DNA of 33,896 bases from Dimargaris cristalligena (taxonomy: Eukaryota): NCBI GenBank assembly GCA_003614675.1, contig ML002401.1, positions 1 to 33,896 on the forward strand. The letters are read 5' to 3'. The position numbers and the translations under genes are program-made. Shown in pieces: positions 32,928 to 33,896 of this stretch (position 1 is its first letter; every line of letters starts with the position of its first letter). The notes beneath the pieces were generated by a model. It saw only the letters and a list, made by a program, of their open reading frames with translations, was not told the DNA's origin and searched no databases.

Positions 32928-33896
32928 CTAATCTTCCCAAGAAAAGAGTTATTATATTATATATACTTTCTAGTATTTAGGTAGCCTTCCCAAGTATTTA
33001 TCAGTATCCCTTCCATTATCACTGGTAGCAGAATAACTATATAACCTCTGTACCCAGTTTCTCCTAAGCCCCCACAGCGCAAAAGGCTTGGTATATGTCA
33101 GGAAACATTTCATTGAGTTGGACTCACTCTGTTATTGGTCATCCTCTTTTGTAAACCTCTGCTCCCATGTGCTATTATTTCAGACTATTGCTCAGTTCTC
33201 TTGTGTTTATTTTTTATTTTTATTTCTAACACCTTGCTCTCAAAGCTTCTTTTCCTCTTCATCATACACTGCCTGAAATTATTGCCACAATTAATATTAG
33301 CATTGAGACTATCAGATTCAAGATCATCTTTGTGACCAACTCCCAAAATCCTGTGTCAGGTGCATTTGGGCAGCTCTATTTCAGCTGTCTACAATACAAT
33401 GGATAACCTATACAAAGTACTAGCTATTCACTTACAAATAGGAAAAGAACACAATGTGAGTAGACTTACACTTGATATTCTTGAAAACACCAGCAAAACT
33501 CTTGCTAAGAGATACATTATACATAGCTAATTTGGTTTAAAAAACTCATTATGTTAATAGAGGGGAAAGAAAATAAACTCTGTAAAAATATTCCTTTCCC
33601 TGAAGTAGAAAGGAAAAATTTCCATGCAAAAATTTGTTTCTATATCTTTCTCCTTCTTTTATTCCTTCCTACTAGCTAACCCTAGTGTGATGCCGTGGGC
33701 AGCTGGCCAGAGGCCACGTAAGCCCTAGTACACATTACTAATCCAAGAAGTAGCCATACTTTGGATGAATTCAAGGTCCCCGGACAATTGACGAGTTATT
33801 TCCATGGGAGTGGTCCAGGGTCATTAATGTTATTTTATTTTTTTATGCTAGCTGATTCTCTTTTCCTTCAGCTTTCCAAATCATACTTCCATTTAC

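Overview
Eukaryotic, gene-dense genomic window with GT-AG introns of about 150-410 nt. The gene content points to a non-Dikarya ('early-diverging') fungus; Zoopagomycota/Dimargaris-like is my guess, not something the sequence proves. Eight protein-coding genes can be supported: DHH1 (-), molybdopterin synthase catalytic subunit MOCS2B (-, 2 exons), COX19 (-, 3 exons), a six-micro-exon BORCS7-like gene (+), an Snx41/Atg20-type PX-BAR sorting nexin (-), a MYSM1-like Myb + JAMM/MPN+ protein (+), SLY1 (+, 8 exons), and an 830-aa secreted His/Gln/Thr/Cys-rich repeat protein with a degenerate hevein-like module (+). COX19 and the BORCS7-like gene appear in the ORF track only as a first-exon fragment each; I assembled them by hand from splice sites. 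The last ~2.2 kb is a sharply bounded CpG-depleted domain (3 CpG counted in 31456-33693). It contains an unusual interleaved inverted-repeat structure (A-B-A'-B', ~1.16 kb), probably a decayed, formerly methylated mobile element. No tRNA, rRNA or CRISPR array was seen. All homology calls come from my recollection of family motifs, not from database searches.
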